In this document: positions 38,286 to 50,661 of the stretch, piece by piece
How the letters are laid out: every line of letters begins with the position of its first letter
How positions within the stretch are numbered: the first letter of the stretch is position 1
From: Eutreptiella sp. 'Long Island Sound 2002'
Taxonomy: Eukaryota; Protista; Euglenida
Direction of reading: 5' to 3'
DNA: 64,000 nucleotides
Assembly: GCA_964036045.1 (NCBI GenBank)
Contig: OZ038378.1
Span: forward strand, 180,978,001 to 181,042,000
Position numbers and translations under genes: made by a program
Notes under the pieces: model-generated
The model's input: the letters and a program-made list of their open reading frames with translations, nothing else
Told to the model about the DNA's origin: nothing
The model's database searches: none

Positions 38286-39011
38286 CAAGTCCGTCCTGGA
38301 GAGGGCACTCCACGAGGGCATAAGCGGAAGCGGTTGCATGACCTCGGTGCAGCCGTACGTAGTATTCAAGTCACGCTAGATCTGTCTGATCGGCAGAAAC
38401 AAAAATCTAGGGTGTGCGGTTCTGGGTTCGGGAATTTGCTGTCTGGACTACTAATGAGCTTGTGTGGTTTTGCGGCCCGACAGAGGGGTCATAGCACCAG
38501 GGCAGTGCTGCACAGGTGCACTGGTTGATGCTAGGCAATTCAGGGCCAAGCCACCAGACCACAAACCCCAGGACCACACAGTGCTGATCTGCAATGTCGG
38601 GCTTGAGGAAATCTGTTTGAGGACACCCCTGCAGCTCCCAGGAGCTCACTCCTCCCCATGGTACAGCCCTGGGAAACACAACAGCGGTGGGAGGCTGGCG
38701 CCTTGGAGTTGTATTCGGCTGGTTCTTTCAGAACCGTCTTTAGGGACCCACATCAATGTTTTTCAGGTTTTGACCAGTACGGTCCACAGGACACTCAAGG
38801 TGGTTCAAGATTATGAGACAGCGGTTGTGGATACTGGACGGATTTTTCATGCGGCTGGAGTCGGAGTCAGTAGTGGCATGATGCCAGTGGCGAATGTAGA
38901 ATAGTCCTGTTCGACAGTCGGGTCTTGTGTTCAGAAAGTGGGTTCAGTCATGGCCTGCCTCGGAGGGTGCTTTCGACACTCCTTTACATTCCTCGTATCT
39001 TGCATCTACAG

Positions 39012-39179
39012 AAAGAGCTGCTCCATCGTCCAAACAGTTCCTGGCGTGTGACAGGCATCTTCGAGTCTGATGACGAGTACAGTGGACATATGGATCTGGT
39101 GCCCAAAGCGCTGGATGCAGATGAAGCCCAAAAGCTCTCAAAGGTGGTCGTCACCATGGAAGAGATTGTCGACGAATAA
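39012..39179 (+). CDS. Gene B last exon; completes the ART catalytic E-x-E
   Basis: Acceptor CATCTACAG| phase 0. The join gives YPEE|KELLHRPNSSWRVTG, fitting the E.EvL..pn..f.V motif. Stop TAA at 39177-39179. Confidence 0.85.
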   Translation, partial: KELLHRPNSSWRVTGIFESDDEYSGHMDLVPKALDADEAQKLSKVVVTMEEIVDE

Positions 39180-42100
39180 TGGATGCCATCGCTCAAATAC
39201 GTGCGTGGCTGTGCCTGGTGTTGGTGCTGTTGTCGGTGATGATGGTTAGTCCTGCTGTCGGTATTGGTTGGTACGGGTGTTGCTGCGAGTTTTGACTGGT
39301 GTTAGTGTTGGTGTTGGCGTTGGTGTTCGCAGTGGGCCGGCTGCAAGTGCAAGAGCCCACGTGAATCATGAGGGATGGGACGACCTGAATACAACATTTT
39401 CGCCACTACCGATTCAATATGTGTGTTCTGAAGATTAATCGGCAGCAGGCAGAGGTAAGTTACAGCTCTTTTCCTGCTTCGGCTTCCTTCGTCCTCCTTC
39501 TCCCTTTTTCTGACAGTCAGTGTTCTTATGAACGACCACCGCCTGCCCACATGCACACTGCCCACAATGGCAATAGAGATATTCGGTAAGGGCATTACGG
39601 GTTGCTGAGGGGCTCTGCAAATTCTGTTTCTAGTACGGCAGTTGTCACTAAGCCTGTGGTCAGTTGCGGTTGACGTCAACCGATTGCGGGTGGCATTTGA
39701 CCGAATGGGTCGCCGCCGGTGGTCAGCTGGAACGCAATCAACGGGGATCAGCTGTTGCGAGACCGCTCGCAATCTGCGAAAAATGGATGGTGAACCAACC
39801 AAATTTTTAGCTTTGGTCACAACCAATTCGAAAAGGTTTTTTTTTGTGAATTGTTTTAGCAACCTCCTCTAAACAGCAAATCGGACGCGCGTCAACGACA
39901 CTGAGTCGGGCCCGGGTTCATCTGGGCGTATGCATCCGTATTTTTATGTCACTAGCACTCCATGTGAGGCGGGGGACATGTGGGCCTGAACTGGCCCTTC
40001 GCGCCTCTCATAGCCAATGGTGATGTCCCAAAAGACTTGGAGTAAGAGGCCCTGGCCGCGATGCCGCATGGAAGAATCGTTCTCGGCCATTCTGCAGAGG
40101 TCCCGCCTGAGTGGTACCGGCTGGGGGGGGGGGGTTGGTCCCTCAAACCACAGCAAAGGGCAGCCGGTGACGAGGGCGGAGGGAGGGGGTTCCGTGGTAC
40201 ATTGTGCTGTATTATGTACATCACAGGGGAGCAGTCCCTGCACTGCCCCTTTGGCCCCATTGTCCGTGGTCTGCCTGTGCCTATGCGTGATACTTGGTCA
40301 TTGTGTGTGGCAAAAATCGGTTGTGAAGACTTCGTTTTTTCAGTTGTTGAGGTGGACAACTGCTCAAGCAGATTGTGCGCCTTCCCTTGGGAAGACTCTG
40401 CTTCACCAAGCGGTCGATGGCCAAATGGCACGAAAAGTACACAAAAACGCTGTAAATCATGCTTCAGCGGTGGCATTGCGTTGCTATTTACTCATGGGCA
40501 CGTAATGACAGACCGCAGCTCCCACACCCAGAACAGCCCATGATCGACGGCCCACCGCAGGAGCGGGTTCGAACCGCCGACCCACTCCCCAGCCAGACGA
40601 AACTCCCCAACGTCGGAAAACAGTCGCAGAGTGGAGAAGCATCGGGGGGCGGCTTTCCAACTCGCATTGCGTATGTATTGTGCAAAAACCGTCCCTCAGG
40701 CACTGAACTTTTGGCTTTTGTCTTCAAATTCATTAGACAGAACGTGCTCTTTGGCTGTCTACTGTCTTTTTGCTGCATACGCCTGTCCACAAGTGCCTCT
40801 GGCAAGGCGCTCCAGGGGCACCAGGACCCTCCGTGGCCCACAGTAAAGCTTGTGCAGGTCTTCATGGGCCGTTTCCCTCTAGTGCCACCCCCCCCCCCCC
40901 CCCTTTCCCCCTGCGGTTCGGGCACTTGGCCTCGAAGAGTCCCTCAGTTATGGTGTTATGATCCCCTGACATCTACCTCGGTTTCGAGTCCAAAGGGCAG
41001 TTTTTCGCTGCCTTTGCCATCGATCCACAATCGCGAATTTCTCACCAAAAGCCGCGGCTAACAGCCGCAACAGGCGCCTTTTTGCGTCAAATGCTAACTT
41101 CCATTCGAGGGCTAATCACCAGAGCCGTCGCGCGCGCTGTCATCACCACGGCCGTCGCGTGGGCCGGTCATCGCCAGGGCCGTCGCCTGTGCACAGCATG
41201 GACCGTCCTCTTTCAAAAACAGTTTCCAGAGAGCTGTGTATTACTTAGTTCTCTTGCTTTCGCCACAATCCCCGCTTTCAGGTCAAGTTTCCCCGACCAT
41301 AATATAAATTGTCCCAACCCACCGCAGTTTCCACTACATCGTCGCCAGACAGCAACAGCGCCACCGCGCATCTGGCAGTCTGAGGCCAGTCGGTGCTGCC
41401 ATATTGCGCGTTTTTCGGGATGTGTACAATATGCAGCGTCCGTGGGCATCGGACTAGTGTCCTGGTCTTGTGAAATACAAAGAACAGCGGAAAATTAAGC
41501 TAAGTGGCACGGTGTGTTATGCACCTGGCACCTCTGGGGTGCCATTTCCTGAGGCTGGGTGGCCCAAATCAGTTTTGGTTTTCAACCGTGCACTCGAATT
41601 TCCAGCCCACTTCGTAAACTGCATTGTTACTGTGCGGCAAATTGCTGTTGTATGGTTTGGTGTGCGCGCTCGGGCTCGGCCCGTTCAAACATTCCAGTCT
41701 CACCCGCACAAGTGCATTTTGCACCCGACCAACAACAGCAGGTTTGCCACCCCAACGCGCTTCGAAACCAGTTGGTTGGGTTCACTGGTTTTGTCTGAAG
41801 TCGCATGCACATGCTTCTTGGTTCCGATGGTTCGCATGGCGGCCATCCCTGTGCGCCTGCACGCCTTCTGTGGCATTTTAGTGTCCCGGAGGGCCTGTGT
41901 GGCAAGTCGATGCCCTTGGCAGTCGAACGCAGCGAGGGCAGCCGAAGATGAACCAGAGGAAATTTGGGGTCGCTGAAGGGCGCATGTGCTTTCAGTCGGT
42001 GAAACAGTCAGTAATGACACGTTGTTGATAAATAGTGGTAGAGGTGGAGTGCCAGGGTGATACCTGGACTCCCGCAAAGCATTACTGTTACGCCATCACT

Positions 42101-43865
42101 GTCGGCGAGTCCCTTTCTGCTCACGGGCTGCAGTGGACACCATAGTGCCCCTGACAGCATTCTGTTGCATTCCTGGGGGGTTTGAGCTGGGGGACCAGTT
42201 ACCAGCAAGCAGCCTAAGCTGCATAACCACTTGCTCATCATCTCTGCCTAGTCGATGGTGGGTTGCAAGGAAGCGAACAGTAAACTGATATGTCGGAGTC
42301 ATGACCCACAATGGCTGGTTGGTCACCAACCTAGAGCCCACTGACGGAGATTGGCAATTTCTTGACAGTCCGTGTCGGTGGTAATTGGACGACGGGAAAG
42401 GAGAGACAGGCGCTGAGGGGTGATCGTGGGGGTGATGCTCTGATTTTGCTTTGCAGTGCCTTCCCTTCACAAGGAAAGAGCCAGCATAAACAATGCTGCT
42501 GTCCTCACCCTTGGGAAGCTACATGGTGGCACACGGGGAGCGCCCAGGCGCAGGCCCTGACCCCCCCCCTGGCCCTCCCCGTCTGGGGAGCCAAAATGTT
42601 TGAGAGGTCCCGACCGTCATACAAGCCAAAATGGAGAAATTGGCTGACGCGACAGGCGCCGGAAAATTTTGGTGCCCCGTTTAAAGGGGCTGGGAGAACC
42701 GGTGACCCCATGTGTTTCTACTCAACGTGCTCAGTTTTTTTCTCGGCATTTTCCCTGCGCCCAGAAGAGGGCAGGATTTCTGCAGCCACGTCTGATTTTG
42801 TGGCCACAATCATCTTTCCCCGCCATGGGCCACAAATGTCGTTTGTTGCTCATTGAAGATCCCGCCCTCGAAGCTCAGCCCCGGCACGACGTAGCGGTTG
42901 GTGTGGTCCCAGCCCCCCCCCCCCCCCCTTTCAAGGGGCCAAAATGTTTAAGGGGTGTCGGGTCAAAGACTGCACCTGGGCACCCCCCATGCGGTGGCAT
43001 ATTGAGCAATTTGAGGGGACATGTTGGGATGTGTCCGATACGTGGATATTCCATGCTCAATGATGGCGGTTGGGGGTGACCAACGGCAGTTGGAAAGTCG
43101 GTCAAGTTCTGCAATTGTCCCATAGAGGACTGTGGTGGTGACGTCACGCGTAGTGAGGATGCGCTGGACCTGGACCTGGACCTGGAGGCACACAGCAGTG
43201 TGCAGCAAATTGGCAGCAGCAGGGGCCACAAGACTCTTGGATGCCGAATTATCTTCTGTTATGACACGAATAAAATGCAAGTTTACGGAACCTGCTTTCA
43301 CCGATTTTTTTTTCATTGCTCACCGCAGTAATGCCCCGGCGAATGCCCCCAACCCCTTTTCCCCTCGGGGGACAACATCTGGTGGGGGATGATAGGGGGA
43401 GGGAAGTAGATGGAGGGAGACAGTGAGAATACCGTGATGAGTAGGGGTAGAGGTAATGAAAATGCAATGCACGGAATGAAGAAGGGTCAAGATGTATCTG
43501 GCGTCACATGTTGATGCATGGCCAATAGGCATACCCTGATGGTTGAATGTACCACTACCAGAAATCTAGGGATTGTTTGTCAACGCCTCACACAGACCGG
43601 CATGTCAAGCCATTACGGACCGTGGCTTTGCCATGATTCCACTCCCTGCTTGGGGCCGAACTTTGGACTGGCGGATGCGCAAAAGATGGGGGGGCAGATT
43701 GACACAATAGCCCTTAACAACGACACCAACCGCGGTCGCCCGCAGCATGGCTGGAAGGGTCAAATGTCTTTTGTGTTCTGCTCGTAACTTGATTCCAAGA
43801 GTCATCTCGAGTACCATCGATTGAGGGGGCCTCCCCAGCTCACTTTGGTCTAACGGGCAGGTTCT

Positions 43866-44080
43866 GTGAAGTTGTATTTCACCCTCAACATACCAGACGA
43901 TAAGTGGGTGCCCAAGAATCTTGTGCCTCGGGTTTCTGCGAGGCCTCCTGCACAGTTGGCCAAACTACCTCCTGAGGGTTTCAGCCAGAGCATTCTAGTG
44001 CCAAGTTGGGAGCATGTTCCGGAGTTCAATGTAAAAGTTGTTCTACACAGAGCCTTTGGGGGAACGCTAGCTCGCCGGGC
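43866..44080 (+). pseudogene. Remnant of the repeated LYFT..WVPKNL transposon-associated ORF
   Basis: LYFTLNIPDDKWVPKNLVPRVSARPPAQLAKLPPEGFSQSILVPSWEHV; homologous to 56858-57890 and 59391-59735. Confidence 0.6.
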
Positions 44081-44100
44081 ATCTTTTGTGACCCGTGCCC

Positions 44101-44541
44101 CACCGGTGGACTGTTGCCGTTGATATGTTGGGCAACATTATATGGATTTGCCCTTTGGCCCCCGGGACATCAGCAGATGTTTTGATTTGGGATGGGTATG
44201 GACCTTCTCGTACCTGAGGTGTTTTCTTTGATTTCGAAGTTGGGGGCCATGATGGTGCTTATAAAGGCTGGATTCATGTCATTGTGCCATTCATTGGAAG
44301 AAAGATGGCACTTTGACAGCCCACCAACAATATTACAATGACGTGCACGGGTGGTATAGGGCACGCATTGAGCGGCTGTTTGCTCGGTTGTGGCACGCAA
44401 GATGAGGCGGAGGATGAGGCAGAAGTGTGTGTGTTGTGTTGCCAGAAGCGCTCCACCGTGGTGGTTTATGATGAGTGTAAGGAGCACTATTGTACTGAAT
44501 GTATTGACACCCACACTTGTGGGACCAATGTTTTTTGTTAA
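44101..44541 (+). pseudogene. Second, internally deleted copy of the Harbinger/ISL2EU-like transposase
   Basis: TVAVDMLGNIIWICPLAPGTSADVLIWDGYGPSRT*GVFFDFEVGGHDGAYKG..VIVPF; after a frameshift YYNDVHGWYRARIERLF; deletion; then CVLC...CKEHYCTECIDTHTC. Confidence 0.85.
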
Positions 44542-45494
44542 GTAGAATGCAGATGACAGTTGGAGTTGCTGAATTCACAGGTATTGCTTTATTATGCAAC
44601 GTGCTTTGTAGGAAAGGTGTGCAGTGCAACGTGGTCTACTTGGGGGGCTTCTCCATGAGAGGGTAAATCTAGGGCTGAAGTCGGGATAGGTAACAGAAAA
44701 GTAGCGCGCCGGGCGCGCGCTGGGCAAACATTCCCCCTTCGAATCAATAACTGGAAGTAAATTTTGTGGTTGCAAGAGGAGGCAAGGGATCCGGTGAATG
44801 CGCATTGGGTGACAATGCATTTAAACAGTGCAGGGCGGATGAATTGGCAATTTTGATTCCTCCCAATTTGGGGATCCCAAGACAATACAGACTATGTAGC
44901 CACTCTTGCCCCCCCCCCCCCCCGCCGAGATGGTGGGGGTTGCGTAACCAACCCTTATACCTCCCCACTCCCGGGCCCCGAGATGGCAGGGCTCATCTTC
45001 CGCATTTTGATTCCCTGCCATGGGGACCCTGAGATGTCGGGGGCTATGTAACCACTCCTTTCCCCTTGGGGAGCTGGTATGGGGTGTTCTCCGTTTTGGA
45101 GATTTTGAAGTGGGTGCTCATAACCCCCCGAGCCTATTAGTTGTGGTGACGAACTCTGCCATGTGATGTATAGCGGCATGTCCGAGTGCGTGTAGGGCCT
45201 AACCGATGCCCCTTGCCTCTACCTCTCAAACTCCCACTCAAAAGGACACAAAATGAGCCACTTAGAGGGATGTAGGATAAGACGATTGTTGGCCCACTAC
45301 AGCACAACTTGTGCTGACTTCACCAAATGCACCGCTATTGCTCATTCATACTAATGAATGTGCACCGGATGTTTAGCGGTGCAAAGTTGACGGCAAGGTT
45401 GTCAACACCTAGGTGCACAGGTGTACCCCAACTTTTGCCGCCATTCTGATGGCCATCTCGTTCACCATCAACTATGCTCCCTTGCTAGCCTCAG

Positions 45495-47335
45495 ACCGTG
45501 TCAGCTGCCCTCCACAACTGCAGTTCCGAAGGAACGAAAGTTCCGCACCGAGGGAGGGATGTGCAACCGAGGGGCTGTGAGATATATCTCCCTGCTGTAT
45601 ATATCTCTTCTCTGGCTCTAGAATATTTCCTTTGTGAGCCCTGTGTATAGTATGCCAGTGCAGGACGGCCGTCACAGTGACAAGTCACCTCCGCCTGGCG
45701 CCGCAGCTCCACAGACGGGCTCCTCAGCGCCGGGCTCGCAAGCCCAGGCCCGGGGGACCAGCAGGAAGAAGCGGGGCGCTGAGGCTGCCGATTGGGAGTG
45801 GGAGAAGCTCACGGCGGAGGATCCCAAGATCATGGACAACGCCTGGTGCACCTTCCTGTCTTGTGCACACCTGGCTCACGAAATCCCGTGGAGATCAAGC
45901 AAGCAATCCTCGACTGTGGCTGCGCCTTCTGGACTCGGTCGGAGCAACTGAATACGACTCGGTGCGCGGTGCTGTTCAGCAGGCAGCTCGGGGTCCCCAT
46001 GGTCTCTTCGTCCTTCATCCTTTACTGAGACGAGTTCCCGTTCGCCCTGGCAGTTCGATGGGACATCAATGTCGCGCGCTTCGACCTTGTCATCGAGCAG
46101 TCCACAGCCGCATTTGGATTTGTGAACCTCATCTAGCGCGCCTGTGCGGAGGCAGGAAATTTGGGATCACTAGCACGGGCGCCCATGGGCCACTCGACTT
46201 CCGCTGAAGGGCCGCGCAGCGATGGCAACGCAGAGGCTGGTAATGCAGGGGTACCGGAGCGCGAAAGGGACCCGCCAACATGGAATTTTGAGACGCATGT
46301 TCTGGTTGCGGGCATGGAGCGGCCACATTTTGGGTGGCCTCCACCGAGAACCCAGCGGACCCCCTGAGCCGTACCACACAGCTGCCAACGTGGAGGGCAG
46401 CTACCACCGAGGCGGAGCGCAGACACACGGCCTGGGGATCATCAATGGCACCGTATGCGGGATTTCGTCTCTCGCCGCCGCTCCCTTTGGTCCTGCGCTG
46501 GCGGCAGCCCGTGACTGCTGCTTGGGGGTTGCGTTTGCTGCCTTTCTTTTGTTCCTTTGCTCCTTCATGGCACAGGCTACGATCACAATACACACACCCA
46601 CACAGGAGGTAGGCACACGGCCCTCTTGCTTTGCCTAGTGTGCTACAGAGGCCCCGTGGTTCTGTTCTGCCCGGGGGGGGGGGGGGGTTCAGCCCTCACG
46701 CCGTACCTCGTCGTCTTTATATACGGGCGCCGTGGGCCGTGGGCATGGTGACACCCTCCTACCAGTGGGGCCAGGCCCCAAGGCAGTCCTTTCAGGCTCG
46801 CATCCGCTCGCTGGATTGTGAGCAATGCCAGAAGAAAGAACTCAGTCCAGCAGTGTCCAAAACTGACGGCTCTTTTGCTGCCTGTTGCCTGTGCCCTGCC
46901 ACGCGATCACACGTCGCACAGCAGTTCCGAAGGAAAGAAAGTTCCGCACCGAGGGAGGGATGTGCGACCGAGGCGCTGTGAGATATATCTCCCTGCTGTA
47001 TATATCTCTTCTTTGGATCTCTAGAATATTTCCTTTGTGAGCCCTCTGTACAGTATGCTAGTGTAGGACCCTCCCACCCGCCCTCTATGTCTGGCGTATG
47101 GCCAGGATACATTTCCAGTACGCCCTCGAAAGGGGCCAACTACACTGCGTGCCGTGAGCAATGCCAGAAGAAAGAACTCAGTCCAGCAGTGTCTAGAATT
47201 GACTGCTCTTTTGCTGCCTGTTGCCTGTGCCCTGCCACCTGATCACACGTCGCACAGCCCGAGTGGCGGAACCTAGAGCCCGTGTCAGCTACCCTCCGTG
47301 ACCCACAGCCCCTATCAGCTGCACTCCACAACCTA
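45495..47335 (+). mobile_element. Degenerate Ngaro/VIPER-like tyrosine-recombinase retroelement with split direct repeats
   Basis: A1 45520-45666, B1 46818-46922, A2 46921-47069, B2 47154-47258. Internal WVASTENPADPLSR (46331-46372) is a DIRS-type RNase H C-terminal motif. Confidence 0.7.
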
Positions 47336-48618
47336 GAGCCCACATCCAGTTCCCATAGAATTGCCACCTATACTGCACTGCGTCCATGTACCCATCTTAG
47401 AGTATCCACACAAGCCCTTGCATTGGCCCTCCATACCCTTGCCGCAATTACAATAGCCTCTGCCGGATTTGTAAGTACTAGCGGTGGGGCACATTTAGCA
47501 TTTCGAGGCCCAAGAGGACCTCCCCGTATGGATGATAGTTGCTCGGGCCAATCGGGCCATTCTGTTTCCCCAAAAACGTTGTTGTTCATTAGGGTCCCAA
47601 GCCATTGGGTAACCATTGCCAGGTGGCGTATTGCGCGCCGTGCACAAAGTTTGTACAGGACCATACCCAAGCTGCATAGTGGTGCCTAGTATCAATAACA
47701 ATGCGGTCGCGTTCACCGCCAGTCAGCCCGGCCGTAGTCTCCTCGCATTCCTAGCATCGCTCGCATCGCTAAGGGGCGCAATCCCCCGCCATCGCGGCGG
47801 TCGAATACACCGTCTAAGTCGGTGTCACAACCACGCACGGCAAGCCAGCTGGCATGGTCCCCCTCCGCTTCGACCGCCGGTAGTCCAACTCTACTGGCGC
47901 AACGGACGTCACATTTGCGGTCGGCATCGGGGTTGGCACGTTCACGTCATGGGGCAGATTGCCTTCGCGCTCAACATCAAAGCCGAGGCCCAAAAGAGTG
48001 CGCAAAAGAGCGCGCGCTTTGAAGACTGCGGCACGCTCTTGTCAGAACGAGAAGGAGCGCAACAGTATCGTTCGACCGATTTGTCAGTCTATGGCATTGG
48101 AAGGTCATTCGAGACATTTGGATGGGTTCCGCCCGTGACCGTGGGTTGGGGTGAAACATCAGGTTGTGAAACATTGTGGGGGTGTAGTATGGTCGCAAGA
48201 GGCAAGAATATTGTCGATGGTAGCAAAAATCCCCAATTTCTCCTTGTAATGTACGCGTGCTGTGTGCGCGCTGTGCACTACCCCCCCCCCCCCAAGGGGT
48301 ACTCGGCGCTGCTCGTCATGGTCCAATGCTTACCACGTAGGTGCTCCCCCATCTACGAGATGGTCTTGCGTGGGACACCACCCACCCATCCAATCTGAGT
48401 CGGTCAACCATGGTGCGAGTCACAGCCTCCAGCCTCTAGCAGTGCAAGATCCCAATGGAAATTAGAAGACTTCGTCCGGATATTGCACTATTTTGAAACC
48501 CTGAGCATCAACCTTGGGTATAGTGCGCTCTAGCAACTCTATCGCCAGCTTCAGGTTGACCTTCTAGCTGAAAGGGAGAGAGTGGAACCCAGAGGTGCGG
48601 TGCCCCGCACCAATCCTA

Positions 48619-48979
48619 CCCCCCCCCCCCCCCTTTGTATAAGCTACGCCCTTGTCCAAGCTACAGTAGGCGTAGGGACCGTAATAATTTGGTACGTAAT
48701 TTAATTATGTACGAAATGTAGTGTAGCCACATAAGACATGGGTTTGTCGTCACATTTGCCAATTTCAGCACATGTGGCCCCCTGCTGGTGCACCAGGAAT
48801 TTTTTTTTTTTGAGTCTGATGCATCCCATAGGTCCTGAATTGCCAATTTCAGCACATTTGGCCTGCGCACGTGTGTGTCGGCAGTTGTATGTGTTGCGCG
48901 CAAGCCACGCCCTTGTCCAAGCTACAGTAGGGACTGTAATAATTGTGTACATTGGCGTAGCTTATACAAGGGGGGGGGG
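48619..48979. mobile_element. MITE with C-run + TTGTATAAGCTACGCC TIRs, possible TA target
   Basis: Left Cn-TTTGTATAAGCTACGCC, right GGCGTAGCTTATACAA-Gn. TA at 48617-48618 and 48981-48982, with one extra A. Confidence 0.7.
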
Positions 48980-49060
48980 ATAACATTCCTATGCTTCCAG
49001 CCTGACAACCAACACGACGTATTGCTATGTCCCACAGCCCTCTCTGCCTCAGGTCGCTCC

Positions 49061-49085
49061 CTTTTTGTAGTGTCTATTTTTTGTC
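49061..49085 (+). other. Euglenid spliced-leader-like relic upstream of the gene C start
   Basis: CTTTTTGTAGTGTCTATTTTTTGTC versus the euglenid SL as I recall it (…CTTTCTGAGTGTCTATTTTTTTTCG); 14-nt exact core AGTGTCTATTTTTT. The reference sequence is from memory. Confidence 0.5.
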
Positions 49086-49119
49086 TTATAATATATAATG
49101 GTATGATTTGTGATCCAGC

Positions 49120-49605
49120 ATGCCTGCGAAGAGTCAACCGGCCAAGGGCAAAGCAACTGCACAAGATGAAGTTGGCGAGAATGCCACCACGATCGACATC
49201 CAGTTTTCTGGGAGCTTGACCTTGTTGACCCTGACCCCCGAAGAGCAGGCGGAATGGGAGCGCCACAGGCAACAGGCGCTTGACGAGGCCGATGCCAAGA
49301 AAGCAAAGGGTGATGCGAAAGACAAGGCAGCCGCTGCCAAAGGGGGAAAAGGGGCCCCTGCAGTTCCAGGCCCGACTGAGGGCGTTGACCCGCCGGAGCT
49401 CCTTCCCCCAGCGGTCCTGAAGGAGCCGTTCTTCCAGTTTCTGCTGCCAGGTGAAGAGGAGCCCCGGAAGACGAACGTCATTGATGCCGTCGACTTCTCG
49501 ATGAGTGCAGCGCACCTGACGTTCAACGTATCCAAGCAGAAAGTCCTGGATTTGGGCTGCGACATCGAAGTGTTTGTGATGTCCAATGAACCTGTGGCTG
49601 CACAG
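49120..49605 (+). CDS. Gene C exon 1, CFAP92/FAP92-like ciliary protein (tentative)
   Basis: ATG directly after CCAGC; 162 open codons; phase-0 donor CAG|GTGAGG. Confidence 0.85.
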
Positions 49606-50661
49606 GTGAGGGGTTGGGAGAGGAGCTCGGGCAAGGGCGAGGGTGGGTATCACTGAGTCGGGTTGCCCAAAATACCATTGCCGAAGTGTGCAGCACCCCT
49701 GTCCGCGGCTGGTGCCCATAGGACTACGGCTGCACAGAGTCTACCAGAACGCCTCCCAGATCGGTGACTATGGATGCACGTGGCACTGACAAGTTCGAGT
49801 TGTGCCCTGTACAGCAGGGCAGCCTGTGATTTAAGTAGGCCATGGACAAGCGCAACATTACCGTAGGTAACACGTGAGCCAAGAGAGGAAGAGCCTCGAG
49901 TTCTCAAACGCAGGCGGCTCTCTCTACATTCAGTTCAGCTCCTGCAGCCTGGCAGAGGGACCAGCCTTGACCCTGATGTGAACAGACCTCAGCTCTATAT
50001 TCTTCCTTCCTTGCCTGAGCTATGTCCCTGCCATGTCTGCTGACCTGAGTGTGCTGCCGCCATCACTTTCACAGACAGTAGTCTCTGTGGGTAGATGGGG
50101 TGTGTGGCTGTGTTGAAGTCAGGATAATCGCTCCAGAAGGGCACCCCCACTGCAATAGATGATCTGGCTTTGGTGCTTTTTTCCGGCGCCACCAGACCTC
50201 AACTGAGTGGGCAGAGACATGGTCATGGGTTGTGGGTACAAAGCATGGAGCACAGGCAGCTAACGGGCCTTCCGGAGAGTGCCCCAGGCTCTGAAGGCAG
50301 ACACAGTGTGTCTGCACACGACAGAAACGTTGCAAACGTTTGGCACCTGGAGATTTCGAGGGTCCACGGAATGCACTGGCAAACAGCGTCCAGCTCAGAA
50401 ACTGCAAGACAAGTGACACCGAAGGATGGGGGCCTAAGAGCGTTCCGCTGCAAATGTGCATTGACTTGGAAAGGACCCACCTGCGGAACAGCCTCCTACT
50501 GTACAGGTCCTCCCTTTGCAGTGCACTTTACCTGTTCCCCTCCTCTTCTCCCCCTCTGGATCTCTCCTTGCCGTCTGCCCCCGCCCCCAGCAGCGCCGTG
50601 CTCATCCGAGCCCTGATATAATTTTCCCTTGTAAGATGGTACGCCATACACTTGCTCTCAG

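Noticed and set aside
40555-40585. tRNA T-arm-like GGCGGTTCGAACCCGC on the minus strand
   Set aside because: No A box or cloverleaf at the proper spacing.
42963-43400. SET-domain-like fragment on the minus strand (KGLGAFA...LYGTIA)
   Set aside because: Lacks NHSC and ELxFDY motifs and is interrupted by a stop; may be an unidentified exon or transposon remnant.
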